The translations under genes and the position numbers were made by a program. Below the pieces are notes generated by a model, which saw nothing but the letters and a program-made list of their open reading frames with translations, did no database searches and was not told where the DNA came from. A stretch of 64,000 bases of DNA, from positions 4,712,001 to 4,776,000 of the forward strand of contig NC_135262.1 of assembly GCF_964204865.1 (NCBI RefSeq), in the 5' to 3' direction. Of this stretch, positions 62,973 through 64,000 are shown piece after piece; position 1 is the first letter of the stretch; each line of letters starts with the position of its first letter. Origin of the DNA: Styela clava (taxonomy: Eukaryota).

Positions 62973-63884
62973 CTATTTGATGAATGATAGATCATTTTCA
63001 TTTCTGATTTGTCTTGCGTTAGTATCGTCATTTTTCTTGACAAAAATTTTGCCATTACTAGTCCATAGATATTTGTAACCACATTGTCTTTTTCGCTCCC
63101 TTGCTTGAAAATACAATGATCTTGCTGTTTTAGTTAGGTTCTCCACTATGAATATTTTGTTGAAGTTGAAAAAATTATTTGGATCTTTTGCTGTTCTCAG
63201 GTTTTTCCGGCTTTTAATTATGTTGGTTCGGACTCTCCTCGATGTGAATCGAGCAATTATTGCAGAAGATTTTTCTGAGTTGTCATAAGCTAGTCTGTGT
63301 GAATTATAAATGTCTGCAGTTGTTATGGTCACTCCAATTACCTTGGACAGTTTGCATACAAGCAAGTCGGTGTTTTCATTTTTTTTATAAGTGATACCGT
63401 GAAACTCGAGACATTCTAGTCGAGATCTTCTTTCTTGATCTTCGACGCGAGCTTCCAGGTCATCACATTCATCTTCGAGCTCCTCCACTAGTTCTTCTAG
63501 ATCTTGAATCTTTTTTTGCTGCTTTTTAACCATGTCTTGTGTGGATTTAAGTGTTTTATTAATAGAGTCAAATTTATCTGACAAGAATTTTTGACTTTCT
63601 CCAAGGTCACTCTGAATTTTGGCTATCACACCGAGCTCGCTTCGCATTTCTTTCATTGAAGAATCCAGGGAACTCAAGATGTGTTCAAAATTAGACGTTG
63701 CGACTTTAGAAGAATCCGATTGACTGGATGGTGATGGTTTGGTTGTCAAGCATTCATCAATCATTGAGGGCAATTGTATTAATACTTGGCGAAGAATGGT
63801 GTTGGTGATCACTGCCATGAGTGTGCTGTCTTCCTCCTGTGATGTGCTAGGCGATTCAGGTTTTGGTCGCTTGGAAGAATCCAT
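62973..63884 (-). CDS. LINE-b ORF1p (coiled coil + RRM + CTD)
   Basis: EDQERRSRLECLEFHGI...DIYNSHRL...IIARF...IFIVENLT...YKYLWTSNGKIFVKK; homologous to LINE-a ORF1. Confidence 0.87.
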   Translation of the reverse strand: MDSSKRPKPESPSTSQEEDSTLMAVITNTILRQVLIQLPSMIDECLTTKPSPSSQSDSSKVATSNFEHILSSLDSSMKEMRSELGVIAKIQSDLGESQKFLSDKFDSINKTLKSTQDMVKKQQKKIQDLEELVEELEDECDDLEARVEDQERRSRLECLEFHGITYKKNENTDLLVCKLSKVIGVTITTADIYNSHRLAYDNSEKSSAIIARFTSRRVRTNIIKSRKNLRTAKDPNNFFNFNKIFIVENLTKTARSLYFQARERKRQCGYKYLWTSNGKIFVKKNDDTNARQIRNENDLSFIK

Positions 63885-64000
63885 ACTCTATGCCTGGTAT
63901 ATTATACGATGTTTCAATAATATACAGAATGTAGAAGAAGGATGTTTTCTATGGTACTCCGATCTTGGTCATCAGTACAGGCAGGCGAAGCATAAGACTA

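Larger units (their letters stand above)
59308..64000 (-). mobile_element. CR1/L2-group LINE (LINE-b) with intact ORF1 and ORF2; the 5' end may extend beyond the window
   Basis: Two ORFs; the 3' end on the minus strand is AATAAATT followed by an (ATCTGA)3 tail. Confidence 0.9.

Overview
AT-rich eukaryotic (animal) genomic DNA, probably from a marine invertebrate; a tunicate is plausible but not demonstrable from sequence alone. The window is a tandem array of 11 BTB-BACK-Kelch (KLHL-like) loci with uninterrupted coding regions, all on the minus strand. They fall into three subfamilies: A 'MAADFGIQDNEH' x8, B 'MECDLGIDI' x2 and C 'MAFNLSIDKNSH' x1. Four have intact ORFs and seven are disrupted by frameshifts, a nonsense codon, deletions, truncation or LINE insertion. 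The BTB domain is almost invariant among A copies, while the Kelch loops expected on the substrate-binding face are hypervariable and some copies are mosaics. This pattern suggests a birth-and-death, diversifying repertoire of Cullin-3 substrate receptors. Two long CR1/L2-type LINEs are present: one carries a PHD finger on ORF2 and a higher-order repeat in its 3' UTR and is inserted into the C gene; the other has intact ORF1 and ORF2. Many non-autonomous elements (hAT-type, Merlin-like MITEs, a HINE-like element, SINE and RTE fragments) can be delimited by TSDs and empty paralogous sites.
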